Origin: an uncultured Hyphomonadaceae bacterium
Lineage (GTDB): Bacteria; Pseudomonadota; Alphaproteobacteria; Caulobacterales; Hyphomonadaceae
DNA length: 40,799 bases
Direction: 5' to 3'
Assembly: GCA_964597685.1 (NCBI GenBank)
Contig: CAZQZC010000001.1
Span: 1 to 40,799, forward strand
Shown: positions 28,042 to 35,487 of the stretch, one piece after another
Layout: each line of letters opens with the position of its first letter
Position numbering within the stretch: position 1 is the first letter of the stretch
Position numbers and translations under genes: made by a program
The notes under the pieces: generated by a model
Told to the model about the DNA's origin: nothing
The model's input: only the letters and a program-made list of their open reading frames with translations
Database searches by the model: none

Positions 28042-28944
28042 ATGATGAAGTCACGCTTTTTCGCACGGACCGCAATCGCGGCGTTATTCGCTGCGCTTCC
28101 GGCTTCCGCCGCCTTCGCCGACAACGCCGATTTCGCAGCGCTTGCCGCACATTCCGATGCGAGCCAGTTCAGCCCGGATTACGGCCCGCTGGAAGGGTTT
28201 GAAGGCGTGTTCGGGGTCGAAGAGCGCGGCCGCTACAAGATCAATTACGACGTGCTTGAGCGTTCAGGCACGCGTCCATTGACCCGTTACGTCAACTACC
28301 TCGAAGGTCTGCCGGTTCACGCTTTGTCGAAGGACGACCAACTCGCCTACTGGATCAATCTTCACAATCTGATGGTCGTTCAGGCGATCAACGCCGACCC
28401 GCGCAAGCGCGGCTTTGAAGAAAAGCGCGGCACCGGCGCCCAACCTGGTCCGATGTGGACCGAGAAGCGGGTTACGGTGAAGGACGTCGCTCTCTCGATC
28501 CAGGATATCGAGGATCTGATCTTTGAGATCTTCGACAACCCGGATGCGATCTACGGCCTCTACCAAGGCTTTGAGGGCGGCCCCAGCCTAAAGGCTCGCG
28601 GCTTCCGTGGCGCGACGGTGAATGCGGAGCTCAAAGAGCTCGCCCGCGACTCTGTCAATTCCCGCAGCTGGCTGCGTGTCCGCAAAAGGCGGATCGAGAT
28701 TTCGTCGCTGTACGATTGGTACAAAGAGGCCGCGTTCGGTGGCGACGATGCTGCGGTTAAAGCGCACCTCGCGGCTTATCTGGATGACGCCGACGACGTC
28801 GCCAAGCTCAACACCGTGTCCGAAACCCGGATCAAGTCCTTTGACTACGACATCGACAAATACGTCGTGCGCCAGCAAGTCAGCGGCGGCTTCGGCGGCG
28901 GCGGCGGTCTCAGCGGCGGCGGCGGCGGCGGTTTCGGGTCGTGA
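28042..28944 (+). CDS. Secreted DUF547 domain protein with a glycine-rich C-terminal tail
   Basis: I placed the start at the internal ATG giving a signal peptide MMKSRFFARTAIAALFAALPASAAFA. DUF547-like blocks are AYWINLHNL, LSIQDIEDLIF and SSLYDWYKEAAFG. The tail is SGGFGGGGGLSGGGGGGFGS. Confidence 0.75.
   Translation: MMKSRFFARTAIAALFAALPASAAFADNADFAALAAHSDASQFSPDYGPLEGFEGVFGVEERGRYKINYDVLERSGTRPLTRYVNYLEGLPVHALSKDDQLAYWINLHNLMVVQAINADPRKRGFEEKRGTGAQPGPMWTEKRVTVKDVALSIQDIEDLIFEIFDNPDAIYGLYQGFEGGPSLKARGFRGATVNAELKELARDSVNSRSWLRVRKRRIEISSLYDWYKEAAFGGDDAAVKAHLAAYLDDADDVAKLNTVSETRIKSFDYDIDKYVVRQQVSGGFGGGGGLSGGGGGGFGS
28881..28940 (+). repeat. Tandem GGC-rich simple repeat (two roughly 30-nt units) encoding the Gly tail
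   Basis: CAGCGGCGGC opens both units (28881 and 28911), and each unit contains a (GGC)4-6 run. The repeat is in frame. Confidence 0.8.
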
Positions 28945-28978
28945 TCTCGAGCTAAAACCACTGTAGAAACACGCCGTT

Positions 28979-30412
28979 ATGGCGATGTCTCACAACCCTT
29001 TCCGCGCCCCCGCTGTGTTCGTCGCAGCGGGGGTCGCGCTCTTGGCTTGGTCTATCGCCGTCGCACTCCTGTCGTTTCGGTTTCCCTATGGCGCGTCTCT
29101 CGCCGACATGCCGCTGGGCGTTTTCGTTGTCCTCTGTGTTGCCGGCGGCCTGTCCACGCCAGCCTTGGCGATCGGTTTGAAGTCTGTTGTCGCTGACAAG
29201 CGGATGCTGGCCGCCATGCTGGCGATCGGCCTTGCCATGCGGGTGGTGCTCGCCGTTTCTCCTCCCGTTCTAGAAGACGATTCGTACCGCTATCTTTGGG
29301 ACGGCGCGGCGACGGCGGCCGGCGTCGACCCGTACGCCCACGCCCCGGCCGACGCTGCGCCTTACGATGTTTTCGGCGTTCTCCAGCCTGAAGCGGCAGA
29401 TCCGGGGCTCGCAAAACTCCAAGCTATCGCGCGAGACCACCCGCTCGAGCATGGACGGATCAACTATCCCTACGTCAAGACGATCTATCCGCCCATTGTC
29501 CAAGGCGCGTTCGCGGCCGCGCATGTCGTCGCGCCGTTCGATCTCGGTGCATGGAAGGCGGTCCTAATCCTTGTGGATCTGTTAGCGGTCGCGCTGCTCG
29601 TTGGCGCGCTAAGAGCTTATGGCCGGTCCCCGCTTTGGGCCGCGCTCTATTGGTGGAACCCGGTTGTTCTGGTTCAGGGCTTCGGCGCAGGACATATGGA
29701 CGTCCTCCTCACGCCGTTCCTGGTCGGCTCGCTTTGGCTGGCGAAGCTCAACAGACCCGTGGCGACCGGCGCCGTGTTGGCGGGGGCCGCCGCCGTGAAG
29801 GTCTGGCCAATTCTCCTCGCGCCCGCCTTGGCCCGCCGGTGGTTGGGTGATCTCACGCCGACAAGGCTCATACTGTTCGCGGTCGTCTTTCTTGTGGCTA
29901 CAGCGCTGCTGCTGGCTCCGCAGCTTCGGCACATTATCGATCCCGACGCCGGCCTCGCTGTTTATTCCGAGCAATGGCGGCGAAACGCGTTTTTGTTCGC
30001 AATTCTGGAAGACGCGGTGTTCGCCGCTTTCGAGGAACCGGGTCGCATTGCCCGAATAGCGGTTGCAGGCGGCGTCGGGCTCCTGGCGATTGTCACGGCG
30101 CTCAGATCGTCGCGGGACGGGGGCGGCGCGCCAACGGCGGCCTTGGCGGCGACTGCTGCGCTGATCTTTTTATCCCCGACAGGATATCCCTGGTACTTCA
30201 TCTGGCTCGCGGGGCTCTTGCCCTTCGTTCCAAATTTGGGTTTGACGCTCTTGAGTGCGACTGCGCCACTTTATTATCTGCGATTTCCTCTCGGCGATGA
30301 TAATCCGCTTTTTCAATGGGGACTCGTCCCGATCGCTTTTGGTTTGCCACTCGCTCTGGCGATTATATCCGCAATTCAAAGCCGGACCGAATATCGTCGC
30401 ATAGCTGCGTGA
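28979..30412 (+). CDS. Polytopic GT-C-fold glycosyltransferase-like membrane protein (DUF2029/GT87-like)
   Basis: 477 aa with about 11-13 predicted TM helices. The first extracytoplasmic loop carries an acidic motif, VLEDDSYRYLWDG, as GT-C enzymes do. The family call is by resemblance only. Confidence 0.65.
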   Translation: MAMSHNPFRAPAVFVAAGVALLAWSIAVALLSFRFPYGASLADMPLGVFVVLCVAGGLSTPALAIGLKSVVADKRMLAAMLAIGLAMRVVLAVSPPVLEDDSYRYLWDGAATAAGVDPYAHAPADAAPYDVFGVLQPEAADPGLAKLQAIARDHPLEHGRINYPYVKTIYPPIVQGAFAAAHVVAPFDLGAWKAVLILVDLLAVALLVGALRAYGRSPLWAALYWWNPVVLVQGFGAGHMDVLLTPFLVGSLWLAKLNRPVATGAVLAGAAAVKVWPILLAPALARRWLGDLTPTRLILFAVVFLVATALLLAPQLRHIIDPDAGLAVYSEQWRRNAFLFAILEDAVFAAFEEPGRIARIAVAGGVGLLAIVTALRSSRDGGGAPTAALAATAALIFLSPTGYPWYFIWLAGLLPFVPNLGLTLLSATAPLYYLRFPLGDDNPLFQWGLVPIAFGLPLALAIISAIQSRTEYRRIAA

Positions 30413-31086
30413 AGATCGCCGTCGTTATTCCGGCCCTCAACGAAGAGCGTGCCATTGGCGGCGTTGTGCGCGCCATACCGAGCTTCGTTGATCGAATAAT
30501 TGTTGTCGACAATGGTTCCACGGATAGAACACGCGCTGTCGCGGAGGACGCGGGCGCGGCCGTTGTTCAAGCGTCACCGCCGGGATACGGCCGCGCATGT
30601 TTGGCGGGCGTCGCCGCAGCGGGCGCTTGCGACATACTGGTTTTCGTGGACGGCGACGGCGCTGACGACGTCGGTCAGATGGCTGATTTGGTCGATCCCA
30701 TCATCAACGACCAAGCTGACCTCGTCATCGGTTCGCGGGCCCTGGGGCAACGGGAGACGGGATCGCTGACCCTTACGCAGAGGTTTGGGAATTGGCTGGC
30801 CTGCGCGCTCATGTCTTTGTTCTGGAGAGCAAACTACACCGATTTGGGGCCGTTTCGAGCGATCCGACGGTCGGCGTACGACGAACTTGATATGCAGGCC
30901 CCAACCTTTGGGTGGACGGTGGAGATGCAGGTGAGGGCGGCAAAGCGCGGGCTTCGCACGATCGACGTGCCGACAGATTATAAGCGCCGGATCGGGGTCT
31001 CCAAAATATCAGGCACTGTGCGCGGCGTCGTCTTGGCGGGGGCTTACATCTTGGGGACAATCGGGCGCGAGGCGTTGTCGCGTTAG
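30409..31086 (+). CDS. GT2 family glycosyltransferase (polyprenyl-phosphate glycosyltransferase-like)
   Basis: GTG start overlapping the GT-C stop (GTGA). GT-A motifs are VVIPALNEE, VVDNGSTDRT and VFVDGDGADD (DxD). The product is 225 aa with no C-terminal TM helices. Confidence 0.8.
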   Translation: MKIAVVIPALNEERAIGGVVRAIPSFVDRIIVVDNGSTDRTRAVAEDAGAAVVQASPPGYGRACLAGVAAAGACDILVFVDGDGADDVGQMADLVDPIINDQADLVIGSRALGQRETGSLTLTQRFGNWLACALMSLFWRANYTDLGPFRAIRRSAYDELDMQAPTFGWTVEMQVRAAKRGLRTIDVPTDYKRRIGVSKISGTVRGVVLAGAYILGTIGREALSR

Positions 31087-31553
31087 CGCGGCTGAGGAAT
31101 GCCGCCCGGCGCCACGTCATCGTCGCTCGGAAGGCGGACCGTCCCGACACTGCCGAAAATTTGCTCCAACAGACCCAGTTCACGGCCCCGTGTCGGTGTT
31201 TCGCGCGAGGCGTATTGAATCACCTCGCCGTCATCGACGTCGTACTCCAAAACCTCTGCGACGAGATCGTCTTCGCCAAAGCGAATGGCGGTGACGCTGC
31301 GCGCGGCGACTTGGGGCCTGAGAAACGCAATGCGTTCGCGCGTAGACGACATGTAGATCCATGTCGAATTGTCGAAGATGCTTTCCGTTGAGGGAGAGCC
31401 GAGGCGAGCTAGAACGGTCGATCTCGTGTCGACGCCGGGTTCGATCTCCTTGGGAAGAGCTTCATCCGGTATATATCCATGGAAATCCCTGGATGGGGCG
31501 CATGCGGCGGCCACTCCCAGCGTCGCCAACGCCATCATGGTTGTTCGGATCAT
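31083..31553 (-). CDS. bamE: Outer-membrane protein assembly factor BamE (SmpA/OmlA lipoprotein)
   Basis: Lipobox AAAC followed by HGYIPDEALPKEIEPGVDTRSTVLARLGSPST, typical of BamE. Its stop overlaps the GT2 stop, and the two genes are convergent. Confidence 0.85.
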   Translation of the reverse strand: MIRTTMMALATLGVAAACAPSRDFHGYIPDEALPKEIEPGVDTRSTVLARLGSPSTESIFDNSTWIYMSSTRERIAFLRPQVAARSVTAIRFGEDDLVAEVLEYDVDDGEVIQYASRETPTRGRELGLLEQIFGSVGTVRLPSDDDVAPGGIPQPR

Positions 31554-31628
31554 GTGACGCTCCGTCGTCTCGAACCCCTAAGTAGCCGCCGATCCCGCGT
31601 GGTGGCAAGAAGGAGCGTGCAGTCAAAG

Positions 31629-32183
31629 ATGGTGTTTAAGTCGCTGATATTCGGTCGCGACCAAGTCGATATCGCTGCTGGGGCGGCCTATGATTCCGTA
31701 ATGCGCGGCGCGCTCGCGCCCCATTTATACACCGTGGGGCTCGTCGAAGACACGTTCGACGGCCGGTTCGCTGTCACGGCGGTCCACGGCGCGCTTGTGA
31801 TGCGCCGCCTTCGGGCGCTCGGCCCGTCCGGGCGGAAACTCGCGGAGGCGCTACAGCGGAAGCTTTTTTCTGGCTTCGATTACGCCTTGCGGGAAACCGG
31901 TGTTGGCGACGCCACGATCAGCCGAAAGGCGCGCGCCTTGGGCGAGCAATTTTACGGCCTGGCCCGCGCCTTGGATCGAGCCCTCGACAGCGACGACCCA
32001 GCCCTGTCGGTTCGGTCGGCGATCGAGAGAAACGGGCTTGGCGGCGACCGCCCCGACATGTTGAGCGGCTACGTCGTGATTGCAGATCGTAAATTGTCCT
32101 CGACGCCCGACGCTGCGCTGCTTAATGGCGACGTCTCCTGGCCTGAAGGCTCGGAAGTCGCCAAAAATGACCCAACGGCTTGA
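31629..32183 (+). CDS. Ubiquinol-cytochrome c chaperone family protein
   Basis: I placed the start at the internal ATG (MVFKSLIFGR). Contains FDGRFAVTAVHGALVMRRL and LRETGVGDATISRKARALGEQFYG blocks. It occupies the conserved position between bamE and plsX in Alphaproteobacteria. The product is 184 aa. Confidence 0.7.
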   Translation: MVFKSLIFGRDQVDIAAGAAYDSVMRGALAPHLYTVGLVEDTFDGRFAVTAVHGALVMRRLRALGPSGRKLAEALQRKLFSGFDYALRETGVGDATISRKARALGEQFYGLARALDRALDSDDPALSVRSAIERNGLGGDRPDMLSGYVVIADRKLSSTPDAALLNGDVSWPEGSEVAKNDPTA

Positions 32184-32252
32184 TTGGAGCCTCAGGATGC
32201 GGTTCGTAACGTCAAGTCCGATCTCGCTCCGCACAATTCGGAAAGGCACCCC

Positions 32253-33281
32253 ATGGCCCTCGGCAATACGTTATCCATCGATGCGATGGGCGGCGACGAT
32301 GCGCCGCGTGTCGTCATAGATGGACTGGCGGCGTTCTCTGAACAGCGCGCCGACGTCTTGTTTCAGCTTCACGGAGACGAAGCCCGTCTCAAACCTATGC
32401 TCGACGACGCGCCGTCGCTCGCAAAGCGCTGCGAGATCGTCCACACCGACATTTCGGTCGATATGGCTGAAAAGCCGTCCCAAGCGCTCAAAAAGGCGCG
32501 CGGCAGCAGCATGTGGAATGCGATCGAATCGGTGCGCGCCGGCGACGCGCAATCGGCGATCTCGGCCGGCAACACCGGCGCACTGATGGCGATGTCCATG
32601 TTGGCGCTGCGCAAAATGAAGGGTGTGCACCGGCCCGGCATGACGGCGCTGTGGCCGACCATTACCGGGACCAGCGTCATCCTCGACGTTGGCGCCAACT
32701 TAGAGGCCGACGCCTCGCAATTGGTGACCTTCGCGATCATGGGCGAAGCCTATGCGCGGGCAATTTTCGGCGTTGAGCGCCCCACGGTCGGTCTCTTGAA
32801 CATTGGCAGCGAAGAAATGAAGGGTCACGAGGAGATTCGCGCCGCCGCCGCGATCTTGGCCGACAATTCTCTGGATCTGAATTATCAGGGCTTCGTCGAA
32901 GGCGACGACATTTCCAAAGGCGTGGTCGACGTGGTGGTCACCGACGGGTTCACGGGAAATGTCGCGATTAAGACAGCGGAAGGCACGGCGCGGATGTTCG
33001 CACACTTCATGAAGGCCGCCTTCGGATCCGGACCTGCGGCGATGACCGGCGCCTTGCTCGCGCGGCCTGGTTTGAAGACATTACGTACGAAACTTAACCC
33101 GGCCCGAGCGAACGGCGCCGTCCTGCTCGGCCTCAACGGATTGGTCGTGAAAAGCCATGGCGGGACGGATGCAGAGGGCTATGCCAACGCCCTGAGGGTC
33201 GCCGCCGATCTAGCCAACAGCCATTATGTCGAAGAGGTCGCCGCCAGCCTGTCCAAAATCGGATCGGCGCGCGCGGCATGA
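32253..33281 (+). CDS. plsX: Phosphate acyltransferase PlsX
   Basis: I placed the start at [18 protein letters not shown]. Motifs are [23 protein letters not shown] and [11 protein letters not shown]. The product is 342 aa. Confidence 0.93.
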   Translation: MALGNTLSIDAMGGDDAPRVVIDGLAAFSEQRADVLFQLHGDEARLKPMLDDAPSLAKRCEIVHTDISVDMAEKPSQALKKARGSSMWNAIESVRAGDAQSAISAGNTGALMAMSMLALRKMKGVHRPGMTALWPTITGTSVILDVGANLEADASQLVTFAIMGEAYARAIFGVERPTVGLLNIGSEEMKGHEEIRAAAAILADNSLDLNYQGFVEGDDISKGVVDVVVTDGFTGNVAIKTAEGTARMFAHFMKAAFGSGPAAMTGALLARPGLKTLRTKLNPARANGAVLLGLNGLVVKSHGGTDAEGYANALRVAADLANSHYVEEVAASLSKIGSARAA

Positions 33282-34249
33282 GCCTTCGATCGATCATCGT
33301 CGGTGTCGGCGGATATCTCCCGGAACGGATCCTGACGAATCATGACCTGTCGAAAATGGTCGATACGTCAGACGAATGGATCGTCGCGCGAACCGGCATT
33401 TCTGAACGCAGGATCGCCGCCGACGGTGAAATGACATCTGATCTCGCCGCCGCCGCCACCAATGCGGCGCTCGCCAACGCGGGACTGACGGCGGGCGATT
33501 TGGACCTCATCGTGCTTGCCACGACGACGCCCGATCAGACGTTTCCAGCCACCGCAACGGCGGTGCAGGCCAAATTGGGGATGCGTGGCGGCGCGGCGTT
33601 CGATGTCCAGGCTGTCTGCTCGGGATTCCTTTTCGCCCTGGCGACGGCTGACGGCCTTCTGCGCCAGGGTCTGTTCAAGACGGCTGCTGTAATTGGGGCT
33701 GAGACGTTCACACGTCTGCTCGACTGGTCCGACAGGACCACGTGCGTGCTGTTCGGCGACGGCGCAGGCGCTGTGATCTTAAAGGCCGAAGATGCAACAG
33801 AGGGCGCCGCCAGGGGCCTTGTCAGTCACCATATCCGCACGGACGGCTCAAAGAGCGACTTGCTTTTCGTCGACGGAGGGCCCTCGTCAACGGGCACGGT
33901 TGGTCATGTGAAGATGCTTGGAAACCAGGTCTTCAAGCACGCGGTAACCAATATTTCCGCAGCCGTTGAAGCCATCATGGACGAGGCTGGGCTCAAACCC
34001 GACGATGTCGATTGGTTCGTGCCGCACCAGGCCAATCAAAGAATACTGAATGGCGTGGCGAAGAAACTAGGGATTGACGAGGACAAGGTTGTCTCGACTG
34101 TCGCCCGCCATGGCAACACGTCAGCAGCGTCGATTCCCCTTGCGCTTAGCGTCGCCGTCGAGGACGGACGCATCAAGCCCGGAGATGTGATTATCTCCGA
34201 AGCCATGGGCGGCGGATTCTCTTGGGGCGCAAGCCTCTTCACCTTGTAA
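33278..34249 (+). CDS. fabH: 3-oxoacyl-ACP synthase III
   Basis: ATGA overlap with plsX. The active-site Cys lies in AVCSGF, with PHQAN and GNTSAASIP motifs. Confidence 0.95.
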   Translation: MSLRSIIVGVGGYLPERILTNHDLSKMVDTSDEWIVARTGISERRIAADGEMTSDLAAAATNAALANAGLTAGDLDLIVLATTTPDQTFPATATAVQAKLGMRGGAAFDVQAVCSGFLFALATADGLLRQGLFKTAAVIGAETFTRLLDWSDRTTCVLFGDGAGAVILKAEDATEGAARGLVSHHIRTDGSKSDLLFVDGGPSSTGTVGHVKMLGNQVFKHAVTNISAAVEAIMDEAGLKPDDVDWFVPHQANQRILNGVAKKLGIDEDKVVSTVARHGNTSAASIPLALSVAVEDGRIKPGDVIISEAMGGGFSWGASLFTL

Positions 34250-34294
34250 GAATTTCGTTAATATCTTCCGGGCTAACTTTAACCATCGGGAGAG

Positions 34295-34606
34295 ATGAAC
34301 GTGCCAAACCGGGAAAAGACAATTACACGTGCTGAAGTTACGGACGCACTTGTGCAACAGGTGGGGCTAACACGTCAGGAATCGTCCGACATACTCGACC
34401 GGACGCTCGAACTTATAGGCCAGGCGCTGCAAACGAACGGTCAGATGAAACTGTCTCGCTTCGGGAACTTCAGCGTGCGCGAAAAGTCGGCGCGCGAAGG
34501 TCGAAATCCAAAAACCAGGGCGTCCGCTGAGATTTCCGCTCGACGCGTCGTGACATTCAAGCCGTCACCGATGCTCAAGGGCCGTGTCGACGGCGGCGAC
34601 GACTGA
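34295..34606 (+). CDS. ihfA: Integration host factor subunit alpha
   Basis: GGGAGAG RBS. HU/IHF fold with the [20 protein letters not shown] arm (RNPKT). It follows fabH, as is typical in Alphaproteobacteria. Confidence 0.92.
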   Translation: MNVPNREKTITRAEVTDALVQQVGLTRQESSDILDRTLELIGQALQTNGQMKLSRFGNFSVREKSAREGRNPKTRASAEISARRVVTFKPSPMLKGRVDGGDD

Positions 34607-34623
34607 ACCAGAAGGCGAAACGC

Positions 34624-35145
34624 ATGTCTGCAGCTCTTCCCAATACTCAAAAGTCGGCCGACGCATTCCGATCGATCGGCGAGGCCGCGTCGGAGTTGGA
34701 GTTGCCGACCCATGTCCTGCGGTATTGGGAGGGCAAGTTTCCCCAAATTGTCCGCCCAATCAAACGCCCCGATGGGCGGCGGATGTTCCGCCCCGAAGAT
34801 GTCGCTGCTTTGCGGGCCGTAAAGATGCTTGTCCATGAACATGGGTTGACGCTGAAAGGCGCGAAGACGCTGATTGCCGATCAGGGTGTTGGAGCTGTTT
34901 TGAACGGCCACGCCCGACTCGGTCCAACGACGCTGCCGCCTAAAAATTGTGAAGCGCAGCAAGACATAGGTTTGAATGGGCCGTGTGGCGCGCGAGAGCT
35001 TCAGGACACAGTTCGCAGCGCCTTTTCACCCGCTTCAACGCCCGACCTCGGCGTTGAGCCGGTGCAGCGCCTCGAATCTGTGCTTGTTGAAATTACAGAC
35101 TTGAAGCGACGTCTCGACGCCGCGAGGGATAGAAAAGCGGCGTAA
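34624..35145 (+). CDS. MerR family transcriptional regulator
   Basis: HTH region [25 protein letters not shown]. It occupies the conserved ihfA-merR-tRNA-Pro position. Confidence 0.85.
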   Translation: MSAALPNTQKSADAFRSIGEAASELELPTHVLRYWEGKFPQIVRPIKRPDGRRMFRPEDVAALRAVKMLVHEHGLTLKGAKTLIADQGVGAVLNGHARLGPTTLPPKNCEAQQDIGLNGPCGARELQDTVRSAFSPASTPDLGVEPVQRLESVLVEITDLKRRLDAARDRKAA

Positions 35146-35189
35146 TCCGTTTGCATCTTCAAACATGATGGTTCTATAACCCGCGGCTT

Positions 35190-35267
35190 CGGAGCGTGGC
35201 GCAGCCCGGTTAGCGCACTGGTCTGGGGGACCAGGGGTCGCAGGTTCGAATCCTGCCGCTCCGACCA
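35190..35267 (+). tRNA. tRNA-Pro (anticodon GGG)
   Basis: Cloverleaf folded by hand. The acceptor stem is CGGAGCG/CGCTCCG, the D stem GCGC/GCGC and the anticodon stem CTGGT/ACCAG. The anticodon loop is CTGGGGG with GGG at 35225-35227. The T arm is GCAGG-TTCGAAT-CCTGC, and CCA is encoded. Confidence 0.95.
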
Positions 35268-35487
35268 TTGACGGCGCAGATAGTCATAGGGTTTTCGAGG
35301 TTCGAACAGGACTAAGGACCATCCACGTCGTTGAGAAGTTTGAAGTACGGACTCGCTGGGCGTGATCCAGCGCCGCAATTCGACAAAATTTCGCTGAAAA
35401 CTCTTCGTGCCGGGTACCTTCGCCTTCATCGCCTGCTGCTAACGTCACTTCGAGTCAAACCGCCCAGAAAGGGCGACGGGGACGGCG

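Noticed and set aside
28881-28940. The GGC repeat tract as a CRISPR-like or phase-variation (on/off) element.
   Set aside because: The tract is a triplet repeat inside a coding frame with no spacer-repeat architecture. Slippage would change tail length, not reading frame.
31554-32252. Apparent absence of a YceD/DUF177 gene between the cytochrome c chaperone-like gene and plsX.
   Set aside because: My memory of the canonical alphaproteobacterial order here is not firm enough, and the 69-nt gap shows nothing unusual. Genome comparison is needed before calling it a deletion.
35001-35429. A 142-aa minus-strand ORF and a 77-aa plus-strand ORF (35331-35564) in the tRNA-Pro region.
   Set aside because: The minus-strand ORF runs antisense through the tRNA (the ERQDSNLRP-type translation is the classic tRNA-antisense artefact). 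The plus-strand ORF starts at TTG, has no RBS and overlaps the GGDEF-EAL start.
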